Part shown: positions 18,341 to 26,497 of the stretch, one piece after another
How the letters are laid out: each line of letters begins with the position of its first letter
Position numbering within the stretch: position 1 is the stretch's first letter
Source of the DNA: Pseudomonadota bacterium
GTDB lineage: Bacteria > Pseudomonadota > Alphaproteobacteria > UBA11222
DNA: 64,000 bases
Reading direction: 5' to 3'
Assembly: GCA_049325255.1 (NCBI GenBank)
Contig: JBMOMW010000057.1
Coordinates: 3,804 to 67,803, forward strand
Notes under the pieces: generated by a model
The model's input: the letters and a program-made list of their open reading frames with translations, nothing else
What the model was told of the DNA's origin: nothing
Databases searched by the model: none
Position numbers and translations under genes: made by a program

Positions 18341-20030
18341 GACCCGTCTCCCTATTGGCGGCAACCGGGCCTTCGACAATCACCTTGCGCATCATGCCCG
18401 TCGCCATGTGATAGAGCAGATGGCAATGAAACGCCCATTCGCCCATCGCGTCGGCGGGTACGTCCACGCTCAGGGATTGCCCGGGCGGCACATTGACCAC
18501 ATGTTTCAGCGGATTGAACTTTTTCTTGCCGGTGTCGAGTTGCATCCACATGCCATGCAGATGCATGGGGTGGCTCATCATGGTCTGATTGACAAATGTG
18601 AAGCGCACCCGCTCGCCATATTTCAGGCGGATGGGTTCGGCATCGGAAAATTTCACGCCGTCGATGGACCAGAAATAGCGCTCCATATTTCCGGTCAGCT
18701 TCATCTCGATCTCGCGGTCCGGTGCGCGATATTCCGCATAGGGTTTCATGGCTTTCAGATCGCCATACACCAGAACCTTGCCGCCCGGCTTTGCGGCTAT
18801 GGGCGCGAGGCCGCTCTGCATGCCAGCTTTTTCCGTCCCCCCCATATCCATGCCAGGCATGGCGCTGTGATCCATTCCCGCCATCCCGGCCATGGCGCCA
18901 TGATCCATTGCGGGCGCTGTATCCGCGCCCGGCGCTGCCCCATGATCCATGCCGCCCATATCCATGCCCATATCCGCCATGGTCAGTTGCGGGCGCGGGC
19001 GCAGCGCCGGAATTTCCCCGCTCATGCCTTGCGCAGGCGCCAGCGTTGCGCGCGCATAGCCGGTGCGGTCGAGAGATTCAGCGAAGATCGTAAAAGCTTT
19101 TTCTTCTTCAGGCTGAACAATCACGTCATAGGTTTCAGCAACCGCGATGCGCAGTTCATCCACCGGAACCGGCTGCACATTATTGCCATCGGCCTGCACC
19201 ACGGTCATTTTCAGGCCTGGAATGCGCACATCGAAATAGCTCATGCTGGAGCCGTTGATCAGGCGCAAGCGCACCCGCTCGCCCGGTTTGAACAGGCCGG
19301 TCCAGTTTTGCGCGGCGCTTTTACCGTTGATCAGGAATGTATAACCGCTGACATCGGAAATATCCGTGGGGGTCATGCGCATCTGCCCCCACGCGGCGCG
19401 ATCCTTCACGGTTGCCGCCAATCCCTTTTCCGAAACATCCCTGAAAAAGGTTCCAACGGTGCGTTGCGCATAATTATAATAATCGCTGTTTTTCTTCAGA
19501 TGGCCAAGGATGGCTTCGGGCTTTTCATCCGTCCAGTCCGACAGCATCACCACATAGTCGCGATCATATTTGTACGGCTCGCGCTTTGCAGGCGTGATGA
19601 TTATCGGGCCATACATGCCTTCCTGTTCCTGCAGGCCGGAATGGCTGTGATACCAGTAGGTGCCAGCCTGTTTGATCCTGAAGTTATAGGTGAACGTCTC
19701 GCCCGGTTTGATGCCGGGAAAGCTGATACCCGGCACGCCGTCTTGCGTGAACGGCAGCAAAATCCCGTGCCAGTGAAGGGACGTATCCGTGTCCATCTTG
19801 TTGGTCACATTGATGGTCACCTCCTCGCCCTCCGTAAATCGCAGGGTTGGTCCGGGTATCTGCCCGTTGATCGCCATGGTCAGGCGCTCCCCCCTGTCAT
19901 AGCCCGCGCGCATCTCATCAATCGTCAGGTTATAGGTTCCAGCGAACGCGCCGGAACCGGTGAGCAGTGTAAAGAGTGCTGCAAGGCCCACAAAAGCTAT
20001 GTAAAAATTGCGCATGATCATCCCCTTCAT
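18333..20030 (-). CDS. pcoA: copper resistance multicopper oxidase (CopA/PcoA)
   Basis: Copper-binding motifs HWHG, HSH, HPMHLHG, HCHLLYH. Met-rich insert MADMGMDMGGMDHG... 565 aa. Confidence 0.9.
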   Translation of the reverse strand: MKGMIMRNFYIAFVGLAALFTLLTGSGAFAGTYNLTIDEMRAGYDRGERLTMAINGQIPGPTLRFTEGEEVTINVTNKMDTDTSLHWHGILLPFTQDGVPGISFPGIKPGETFTYNFRIKQAGTYWYHSHSGLQEQEGMYGPIIITPAKREPYKYDRDYVVMLSDWTDEKPEAILGHLKKNSDYYNYAQRTVGTFFRDVSEKGLAATVKDRAAWGQMRMTPTDISDVSGYTFLINGKSAAQNWTGLFKPGERVRLRLINGSSMSYFDVRIPGLKMTVVQADGNNVQPVPVDELRIAVAETYDVIVQPEEEKAFTIFAESLDRTGYARATLAPAQGMSGEIPALRPRPQLTMADMGMDMGGMDHGAAPGADTAPAMDHGAMAGMAGMDHSAMPGMDMGGTEKAGMQSGLAPIAAKPGGKVLVYGDLKAMKPYAEYRAPDREIEMKLTGNMERYFWSIDGVKFSDAEPIRLKYGERVRFTFVNQTMMSHPMHLHGMWMQLDTGKKKFNPLKHVVNVPPGQSLSVDVPADAMGEWAFHCHLLYHMATGMMRKVIVEGPVAANRETGHE

Positions 20031-20596
20031 CTGGCAAAATCGATACGGCCCAACATACCGGACTCATAGTGCCCCGGCATGTTGCAGGCGAATTCAATCT
20101 CCATGGCTTTGGTGAATTTCCATACCAGTTCTTTGCTCTCACCTGGCGCCAGCAGGACGGTGTTGGGATCATCATGGCGCATGGGCATATCCTTGCCCTT
20201 TTTGGCATGGCTCATGCCGCCCATATCCATTTTGGAATGGTCCATGTTCATCTTCTCCGGGTCGATGCCGGTTGGGGTGAGCATGCCCATCTCCATCATC
20301 TCCGCCATTTCCTTGCGGTGCTCCGTATGAGCGGCCAGGGTGTCGATGCTGAACTCGTGCAGAAATTCGCCGCTGTTCTTCAGAACGAAACGAACGGTTT
20401 CGCCCTGCTTCACCGATATAGCGTCCGGTTCATAGTAATTATCAGCCAAATTGACTTCGATGGTGCGGGTGGCGGACGCGGGCGCGCCAGGCGCGCCAAA
20501 TTCGTAACCGTGACCGGCGGCGGCGAGCGCCGGAGCGGCAAGGCCGGAGACAACGGCGCTGAGTGCTACAGCCAGGGGTAAAAAGACGGGATTCAT
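20027..20596 (-). CDS. cupredoxin-domain copper-binding protein, Met-rich
   Basis: Signal peptide. CNMPGHYESGM is a type-1 copper site-like motif. Met-rich stretch MAEMMEMGM...MNMDHSKMDMGGM. Confidence 0.75.
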   Translation of the reverse strand: MNPVFLPLAVALSAVVSGLAAPALAAAGHGYEFGAPGAPASATRTIEVNLADNYYEPDAISVKQGETVRFVLKNSGEFLHEFSIDTLAAHTEHRKEMAEMMEMGMLTPTGIDPEKMNMDHSKMDMGGMSHAKKGKDMPMRHDDPNTVLLAPGESKELVWKFTKAMEIEFACNMPGHYESGMLGRIDFAR

Positions 20597-20692
20597 GGTG
20601 TATCCTTTGCATTGATAGATGATCGGCCTGACGCACGCTTGGGCGCGGCAATTGGGCCGGAATGTCTGGGAATGTTTAGCGGCGTGCGCGGA

Positions 20693-21037
20693 TCAGGCGC
20701 GGCGCGGCGGATGAAATGGCGGCTCGCCGCGATACACGGCCGTGATGCGCGCTAACATAGGCGCAACGCGTTCCGTCGCCCGCAACCTTACTTGAGCCGG
20801 GGGGCGCTCATTCATAATGACCGGCACACAGGCCTGCATACAGCAGGTCCCGCCGGCTTTTGCGTCATCTTGCGAATGATCGGGTGTTGGATGATGGGAT
20901 GCGGCTGCATGGGTGTGAGCAGCGTCTATCTTCATATGATTTGTAGTCAAATGGGCTGCAGCCGGTGACGGCCCCAGCAGGGCGCTTACCACCAGCGAAA
21001 CGGTAAAGGCAATGATAATGCCTACAGACCACCGCAC
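20693..21037 (-). CDS. small secreted His-rich CC-motif protein (DUF2946-like), possible metal binding
   Basis: N-terminal signal/TM segment. HxxxH-rich region and a GTCCMQAC motif. Copper-cluster context. Confidence 0.45.
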   Translation of the reverse strand: MRWSVGIIIAFTVSLVVSALLGPSPAAAHLTTNHMKIDAAHTHAAASHHPTPDHSQDDAKAGGTCCMQACVPVIMNERPPAQVRLRATERVAPMLARITAVYRGEPPFHPPRRA

Positions 21038-21186
21038 GGTATAACAGCCTCCTCACGACTTTGAAAAACGCCTCGCGTGGTACCCTAATGGTTGGAGGCG
21101 CTGATGGCAAGTACATGCTTGCGCATACTTCTCGTTAATACCAAGAATGAGTTACAGTAGCGGGACAGTTGAAGAACACCGGCTGC

Positions 21187-21200
21187 TTGATTTGGATCAA
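21187..21200. promoter_or_regulatory. FNR-type box TTGATttggATCAA in the divergent promoter between the His-rich protein gene and lemA
   Basis: Perfect TTGAT-N4-ATCAA palindrome read directly from sequence. Confidence 0.5.
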
Positions 21201-21261
21201 CGACCAGTATCGGCTAAGGTGTCACCAATAAACTTGCTTTATATCAGCCAGGAGGATTTCC

Positions 21262-21864
21262 GTGATCCGCACATTTTTCCCCCGCGCCCGCCAGATTTTT
21301 TTAATCCTGTTCTTTGCCATGGGGCTGGCGGCATGCGATATCAACGCAGTGCCGCGCTATGACGAGGAAACCAAGGCGGCATGGAGCGAAGTGCTGAACC
21401 AGTATCAGCGGCGCGCCGATCTGGTGCCGAACCTGGTCGAGACGGTTGCGGGCTTTGCGCGGCAGGAAAAGGAAACCCTGACTGCGGTGGTGGAGGCGCG
21501 CAGCAAGGCGACGCAGATGCAGTTGCCGCCCGATATCCTCACCAACCCTAAGGCGTTCAGGCAGTTCCAGCAGAGCCAGGCGGCCCTGGGCGGTGCCCTG
21601 GCGCGCCTGCTGGTGGTGGTGGAAAAATATCCCGAACTGAAATCAAACCAGAATTTTTTATCGCTGCAATCCCAGCTTGAAGGCACGGAAAACCGCATAA
21701 CCGTTGCGCGGCGCGATTATATTCTTAGTGTGCAGAAATATAATACCGAGCTGCGCACCATTCCCGGCCGGTGGGTTGCAGGCGTGCTGTATCCCGAGGC
21801 GGAGGTCAAGCAGACCTTCGATATCGCCGAGCAGGCGAAAGAGGCCCCGAAGGTCAAGTTCTGA
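21262..21864 (+). CDS. lemA: LemA family protein
   Basis: N-terminal TM anchor. LemA domain similarity (RRADLVPNLVETV, YPELKSNQNF). Confidence 0.85.
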   Translation: MIRTFFPRARQIFLILFFAMGLAACDINAVPRYDEETKAAWSEVLNQYQRRADLVPNLVETVAGFARQEKETLTAVVEARSKATQMQLPPDILTNPKAFRQFQQSQAALGGALARLLVVVEKYPELKSNQNFLSLQSQLEGTENRITVARRDYILSVQKYNTELRTIPGRWVAGVLYPEAEVKQTFDIAEQAKEAPKVKF

Positions 21865-22610
21865 TGTTGCGTTACATGCGCGTGCTGGGTGCTTGCACAT
21901 GGGCCATTCGCGGCCTGGCGCTGTTCTTGTGCGCCATCCATAGTGTTGCGGGGCAGCCCGGCTTTGCCGCGGAACCCAAATTTCCCCAGCTTTCGGGCCG
22001 GGTGGTTGACGAGGCCACACTTCTTTCCGCACCTGCGCGCGAGCGCATCACAGGCTGGCTTGCGGAGTTTGAGCGCGCCTCAAAGCGGCAGCTTGTCGTG
22101 GTGACGGTTAAAGACTTGCAGGGCTACCCGATTGAGGATTTCGGCTACCGCCTTGGCCGCGCCTGGGGCATTGGCGAAAAGGGCCGTAATACCGGCGCCA
22201 TCCTGCTTGTCGCACCGAAAGAGCGCACCGTGCGCATCGAAGTTGGCTATGGCCTTGAAGGGGAACTGACTGACGCGGTTAGCCGCGCCATCATTGAGCA
22301 GAATATTCTGCCCGCTTTCAAGGACGGCAATTATGAGCAGGGGATCATCAACGGAACTGCGGCGATCCTGAAAACGCTTGGCTGGGAGGGTGATACGCCC
22401 GGCGTCACGCCCGCTGCGCCGCAAAGCCAGACAGAGCTTTCACCTCTATCACTGCTGATACTCATTATCCTGTTTGTCATTTTTCGTTTTGGATGGCATG
22501 GTGTTTTTACCGGGCGTCATGGGCCGGGCGTGTGGGGTGCGCGTTCACGCGGCGGCTTCTCCGGGTGGGGCGGCTCGTTTGGCGGCGGCGGCGCATCGGG
22601 GCGATGGTGA
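21864..22610 (+). CDS. TPM (YgcG-like) domain protein with C-terminal TM and Gly-rich tail
   Basis: ATG overlaps the lemA stop (TGATG). TPM_phosphatase/DUF477-like core. Canonical LemA-TPM-TPM gene order. Confidence 0.75.
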   Translation: MLRYMRVLGACTWAIRGLALFLCAIHSVAGQPGFAAEPKFPQLSGRVVDEATLLSAPARERITGWLAEFERASKRQLVVVTVKDLQGYPIEDFGYRLGRAWGIGEKGRNTGAILLVAPKERTVRIEVGYGLEGELTDAVSRAIIEQNILPAFKDGNYEQGIINGTAAILKTLGWEGDTPGVTPAAPQSQTELSPLSLLILIILFVIFRFGWHGVFTGRHGPGVWGARSRGGFSGWGGSFGGGGASGRW

Positions 22611-23233
22611 GCGGTATGCGCAAACTGTCTCCGGAGGAACGCGACCGGATTGAAGCGGCGGTCGCTGCGGCGGAAAAACGCACCAGTGTGGAATTCGCCG
22701 TGGTGGTCGCCCAAGCAAGCGATGAATATGCTTTTTTTCCTTTGCTGTGGGCCGGCGTCCTGGCGCTATTGAGCGGCGGCGCCATAGCAATCGCCATGCC
22801 CGTGCTGAGCACAAGCCTGAGTTTTGCGATTCAGGCTGGTGTCTTCATTGCCGCAGGCCTGCTGCTGCAACTCAAATATCTGCGGCCGCATCTGGCCCCG
22901 CCTGCTACGCAGCGCGCGTATGCCTCCCGCATGGCGCAACAGCAATTCGCCGCACTCGTCAATGAGCAAACGCGGGGTGATGTTGGCTTGCTGTTATTCG
23001 TATCCCTTGCCGAACGCCATGTTGAGGTTCTGGCAGATAACGGGATCGGCGCGCGCATTCCGCAATCGGCGTTTCAGAGCATCATCAAGGGGTTTATCCA
23101 GGACGTGCACCGGGGAAAAATTGCCGATGGCTTCATTGCAGCCATCGAAGGCTGCACCCTGCTTCTACAGCAACATTTTCCGGCCCGCCCGGATGAGCCG
23201 GATGAAATCGCCAACCGGGTGACGGAAATTTAA
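22602..23233 (+). CDS. TPM-domain protein (second, membrane-associated)
   Basis: Start overlaps the upstream stop (ATGGTGA). DUF477/TPM-like with TM helices. Confidence 0.7.
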
Positions 23234-23250
23234 CCGGAAATATTCCTGTT

Positions 23251-23264
23251 ATTGATTTGCGTCA
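23251..23264. promoter_or_regulatory. FNR-like box TTGATttgcGTCAA upstream of the CFA-synthase-like gene
   Basis: Matches 9 of 10 positions of the TTGAT-N4-ATCAA consensus. About 100 nt upstream of the ORF start. Confidence 0.4.
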
Positions 23265-23354
23265 ATGTCGCCATTGCGGCTGTATTGATACCTTAACCCC
23301 CATGGGGTAATTTTCAGGAACGCTATCCGATTGCCCTGTTGCTCATAACGGGCC

Positions 23355-24740
23355 ATGTGCAGAGGGAGGATGATTGCGATGACGATTGACGCAACATTTA
23401 TCAGCGATGCTAATTCCGCCATACAGGGTGACGTCCGCAGAAATTCCGGAAGGCCCGCGTCATTGGCTTCGTCAGTAACGGAAAAACTCCTGACGAGTTT
23501 CTTTGGCAGGCTGGTCACCACCGGGCGGCTTACTCTTATTGATCCCTGGGGGCATATTCATCACTTTGGTCTGGCTGATGGGCCGCACGTAACCGTCAGG
23601 GTAAAGACGGCGGCCGCCCTCTACAGGATATTGTTGCGGCCGGATCTCTATGCAGGCGAAGCCTATATGGATGGCGCGCTCAGCATTGAGGAAGGCGGGC
23701 TGCGCGAGTTTTTATATATTTGCACATCGAACCAGGATGCGCTGAACAACCACCCTCTCGCTTTGGCTTTTGGCAAGGCTGGCAAGGCGTTACGCAAGCT
23801 GCACCAGTTTAACCCGCAAAGCCGCTCGCGGTCTAATGTCGCGCATCATTATGATTTATCTGCGACGCTTTACGACCTGTTCCTGGATGCGGACCGGCAA
23901 TATTCCTGCGCTTACTTTCCCGATGGCGATGAAACTCTGGAACAGGCGCAGTACAAGAAAAAGCAACTGATCGCATCGAAGCTTGTGCTTGAACCGGGCC
24001 AGCGCGTGCTGGATATTGGCTGCGGCTGGGGCGGCATGGCGTTGCATCTGGCGCGCACCGCCGGCGCGGATGTCACCGGCATCACTCTGTCGCAAGAACA
24101 GCTAAGCATCGCGCAACAGCGGGCGGCGGATGCAAACCTGTCCGGTCAAGCACGATTTGTATTGCGCGATTACCGCGATGAATGTGGCGCCTATGACCGG
24201 CTGGTGTCGGTGGGCATGTTCGAGCATGTCGGCGTCAATCACTATGCTCAATTCTTTGAAAAATGCCGTGATCTTCTGAAGCCGGATGGCGTTGGGCTGT
24301 TGCACGCCATCGGGCGCATGGCGCCGCCGGACAGCACCAATCCCTGGATCAGGAAATATATTTTCCCCGGGGGCTATTGCCCGGCTTTGTCGGAAGTGCT
24401 TGGGGCCATCGAACATGCCGGGCTGTGGGTGACGGATATTGAAATATTGCGGCCGCATTATGCCGACACGCTGCGCCATTGGCAGGACCGGTTTCAGGCC
24501 AACCGGGACGCCATCAAGGCGCTGTATGACGAGCGCTTCTGCCGGATGTGGGAGTTTTATCTGGCGAGTTGCGAGATATCCTTCCGCACCGGCCCGATGA
24601 TGGTGTTCCAGATTCAGTTCGCCCGCAGCCGCGACGCCGTGCCGCGCACCCGCAGCTATCTTGGTGATGTGAACGCCGCGCCAGTTGTCCTTACGGCGGA
24701 AAAAAACGCACCGGCAAATGACTGGAGGATCGCACAATGA
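23355..24740 (+). CDS. cyclopropane-fatty-acyl-phospholipid synthase family SAM-dependent methyltransferase
   Basis: CFA-synthase-like sequence with motif VLDIGCGWGG and C-terminal conserved block FYLASCEISFRTG. Confidence 0.8.
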   Translation: MCRGRMIAMTIDATFISDANSAIQGDVRRNSGRPASLASSVTEKLLTSFFGRLVTTGRLTLIDPWGHIHHFGLADGPHVTVRVKTAAALYRILLRPDLYAGEAYMDGALSIEEGGLREFLYICTSNQDALNNHPLALAFGKAGKALRKLHQFNPQSRSRSNVAHHYDLSATLYDLFLDADRQYSCAYFPDGDETLEQAQYKKKQLIASKLVLEPGQRVLDIGCGWGGMALHLARTAGADVTGITLSQEQLSIAQQRAADANLSGQARFVLRDYRDECGAYDRLVSVGMFEHVGVNHYAQFFEKCRDLLKPDGVGLLHAIGRMAPPDSTNPWIRKYIFPGGYCPALSEVLGAIEHAGLWVTDIEILRPHYADTLRHWQDRFQANRDAIKALYDERFCRMWEFYLASCEISFRTGPMMVFQIQFARSRDAVPRTRSYLGDVNAAPVVLTAEKNAPANDWRIAQ

Positions 24741-25066
24741 ATAGCCTGTTGTATTTCGCGCTCTGGGCCGCTCTGATTTTTGTGATGATGCGCTTTGGCT
24801 GCGGCGCCCATATCATGGGGCATGGTGGACACCGGCGCCGGCATCGGCACGATGCAGGCGGACAGGCGCCGCCCGTGAAAGCCGCCGACCCGGTGTGCGG
24901 CATGACCGTCGAAACCGCCACGGCGAAATCAAGCGCTTACGAAGGACATGTCTACTATTTTTGTTCGCAAGCCTGCCGCGAAAAACTTGAAGCAACCCCC
25001 GAGGCTTATCTCAAAAACCCGCCCGCAACCCAAAAACCAATGGAGGCCCATCATGGCGCACATTGA
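24737..25066 (+). CDS. membrane-anchored YHS-domain (TRASH-like) copper-binding protein
   Basis: N-terminal TM helix, His-rich linker, then DPVCGMTV...YYFCSQAC, the YHS motif. Confidence 0.7.
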   Translation: MNSLLYFALWAALIFVMMRFGCGAHIMGHGGHRRRHRHDAGGQAPPVKAADPVCGMTVETATAKSSAYEGHVYYFCSQACREKLEATPEAYLKNPPATQKPMEAHHGAH

Positions 25067-25370
25067 AACCCGTCAGATACAGGTTGAAACGCACCCTGCA
25101 CATGCCGTTCCGGCTTCGATCTCCGTCGTCGCATTCGGCGTCAGCCTGAGTGTTTTTCTCGCGATCTCCTATGCGCTCTGCATCCTGTTCTATGTGCTTT
25201 TTCCAGGCACGGCGGAACAGCATGTCGTTCTTTCACTGTTCCTGCCCTGGCTCAAGGTATTGACACTGCCAGGCTTTTTGCTGGGACTTGCGGCGAGCAT
25301 CGTCTGCGCCTGGTACATCACGCTGATCTTCTGCCCGCTCTATAATTATTTCACGGCGCGCGGGCTGTGA
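25053..25370 (+). CDS. small integral membrane protein (3 TM), partner of the YHS protein
   Basis: Start overlaps the upstream gene end. Hydrophobic helices. No family assigned. Confidence 0.5.
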   Translation: MAHIETRQIQVETHPAHAVPASISVVAFGVSLSVFLAISYALCILFYVLFPGTAEQHVVLSLFLPWLKVLTLPGFLLGLAASIVCAWYITLIFCPLYNYFTARGL

Positions 25371-25413
25371 CCAAGCAGATCCATTAAGGCCCAGCCGCGC
25401 GAAGGCAGGTGGT

Positions 25414-26019
25414 TCACTTGCCTCCGCGCCTGCCGCCCATGTTCATGCCCACTGCGCCAGGCATTAGCGGCATTAGCTCATCCGCTTTTTTCTTCTGTTC
25501 CGGGGTCAGCGCCTCGTACAATGCCGTGGCGGCGGGCCGGATTTTTTTCATCGCCTCCAGATGCTCACTCACGGCTGCTTCGCTATCGGTCAGCCGCTCA
25601 ATCCAGTTGCGCGGTTTCGCGCCAGGACTGGGCATCATCTGCATGGCGTCCTGGTGTTGTTTGATCAGCGGCTTCAGTTGCGCCGTGTACGCCGTCCAGA
25701 CGGCGTTCTGCGCATCGGTGATTCCGAGTTCAGCTTTTAGAAAAGCAAAGAACCCCTCAGAATGCGTAATCATCATCCCCATCATGGGGTGGCGCATATC
25801 CGCACCCATCATGCCGCCGCCCATCATTTGACCCATCATCGGCATCATTCCACCCTCCATCATTAGCATCGTCATGCCTGGGGCTGCGGGCGCGCCAGTG
25901 GCGGGCGCACCCGCCGGATGATGCGGGTCCGGCGCTGGCGTCTGCGCCATTGCGGGGCTTGCCATCAGCAAGCCGAACGCGGTTAAGGGGGCGAAGATTG
26001 TACGAAATAGACTGGACAT
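25414..26019 (-). CDS. Spy/CpxP/ZraP-family periplasmic protein with Met-rich N-terminal region
   Basis: Signal peptide. MTMLMMEGGMMPMMGQMMGGGMMGADMRHPMMGMM is a Met-rich metal-binding tract. LTXXQ-like C-terminal helices (LTDSEAAVSEHLEAMKK..LTPEQKKKADELM). Confidence 0.7.
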   Translation of the reverse strand: MSSLFRTIFAPLTAFGLLMASPAMAQTPAPDPHHPAGAPATGAPAAPGMTMLMMEGGMMPMMGQMMGGGMMGADMRHPMMGMMITHSEGFFAFLKAELGITDAQNAVWTAYTAQLKPLIKQHQDAMQMMPSPGAKPRNWIERLTDSEAAVSEHLEAMKKIRPAATALYEALTPEQKKKADELMPLMPGAVGMNMGGRRGGK

Positions 26020-26057
26020 TGGACATCCTCTCCTGTTGGCGGCGCCGGATATCCCGC

Positions 26058-26333
26058 CTAGCGGCGTTGACTGTCCAGAACCTGGATTAATTCGTCGATC
26101 TTTTGCTTTCGTTCCTTAAGCGATCCGTTGTGAAAAGCGTGCGTGACGCAACTTTGCAAATGCTCGCGCAGCACCTCCTGCTCCACTCTATCAAGGGCGG
26201 CGCGCGCGGCATTGATCTGGGTCAATATTTCGATGCAATAACGGTCTTGCTCAACCATGTTGCGCACGCCGCGCACCTGCCCCTCGATCCGGGCGAGACG
26301 GTTCAGGCAGCCTTTTTTAGTTTTCATATCCAT
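26058..26333 (-). CDS. csoR: CsoR/RcnR-family metal-sensing transcriptional repressor, copper-type C-H-C ligands
   Basis: DUF156 fold. Ligand positions YC(IEIL) and H-x3-C (EHLQSC) match the Cu(I)-sensing CsoR W-X-Y-Z fingerprint. Confidence 0.75.
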   Translation of the reverse strand: MDMKTKKGCLNRLARIEGQVRGVRNMVEQDRYCIEILTQINAARAALDRVEQEVLREHLQSCVTHAFHNGSLKERKQKIDELIQVLDSQRR

Positions 26334-26341
26334 GCTTGAAA

Positions 26342-26362
26342 TATACCCTGTATAGGTATATA
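26342..26362. promoter_or_regulatory. CsoR-operator-like pseudo-palindrome ATACCCTGTATAGGTAT
   Basis: TACC-N-GGTA type inverted repeat immediately upstream of the csoR start. It lies in the divergent region towards the Cu-ATPase gene. Confidence 0.4.
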
Positions 26363-26497
26363 TGGCAAGAGGATTGTTGCTTGAATTGGCATGCTAGCCT
26401 AGGAAAATGTCTGGGGCTTTGACTTGGCTCAACATCCAGGCGTGTAAGTTGCTGTCAAATCACGCAACTGATGGCAGAATGCAAAAGGAGCACGCCA

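Noticed and set aside
18327-20069. 580-aa plus-strand ORF, His-rich, opposite the multicopper oxidase gene
   Set aside because: It is the antisense reading of the Met/His-rich copper oxidase gene in a high-GC genome. It has no start or RBS context and no domain-like sequence. The real gene is on the minus strand with clear copper-site motifs.
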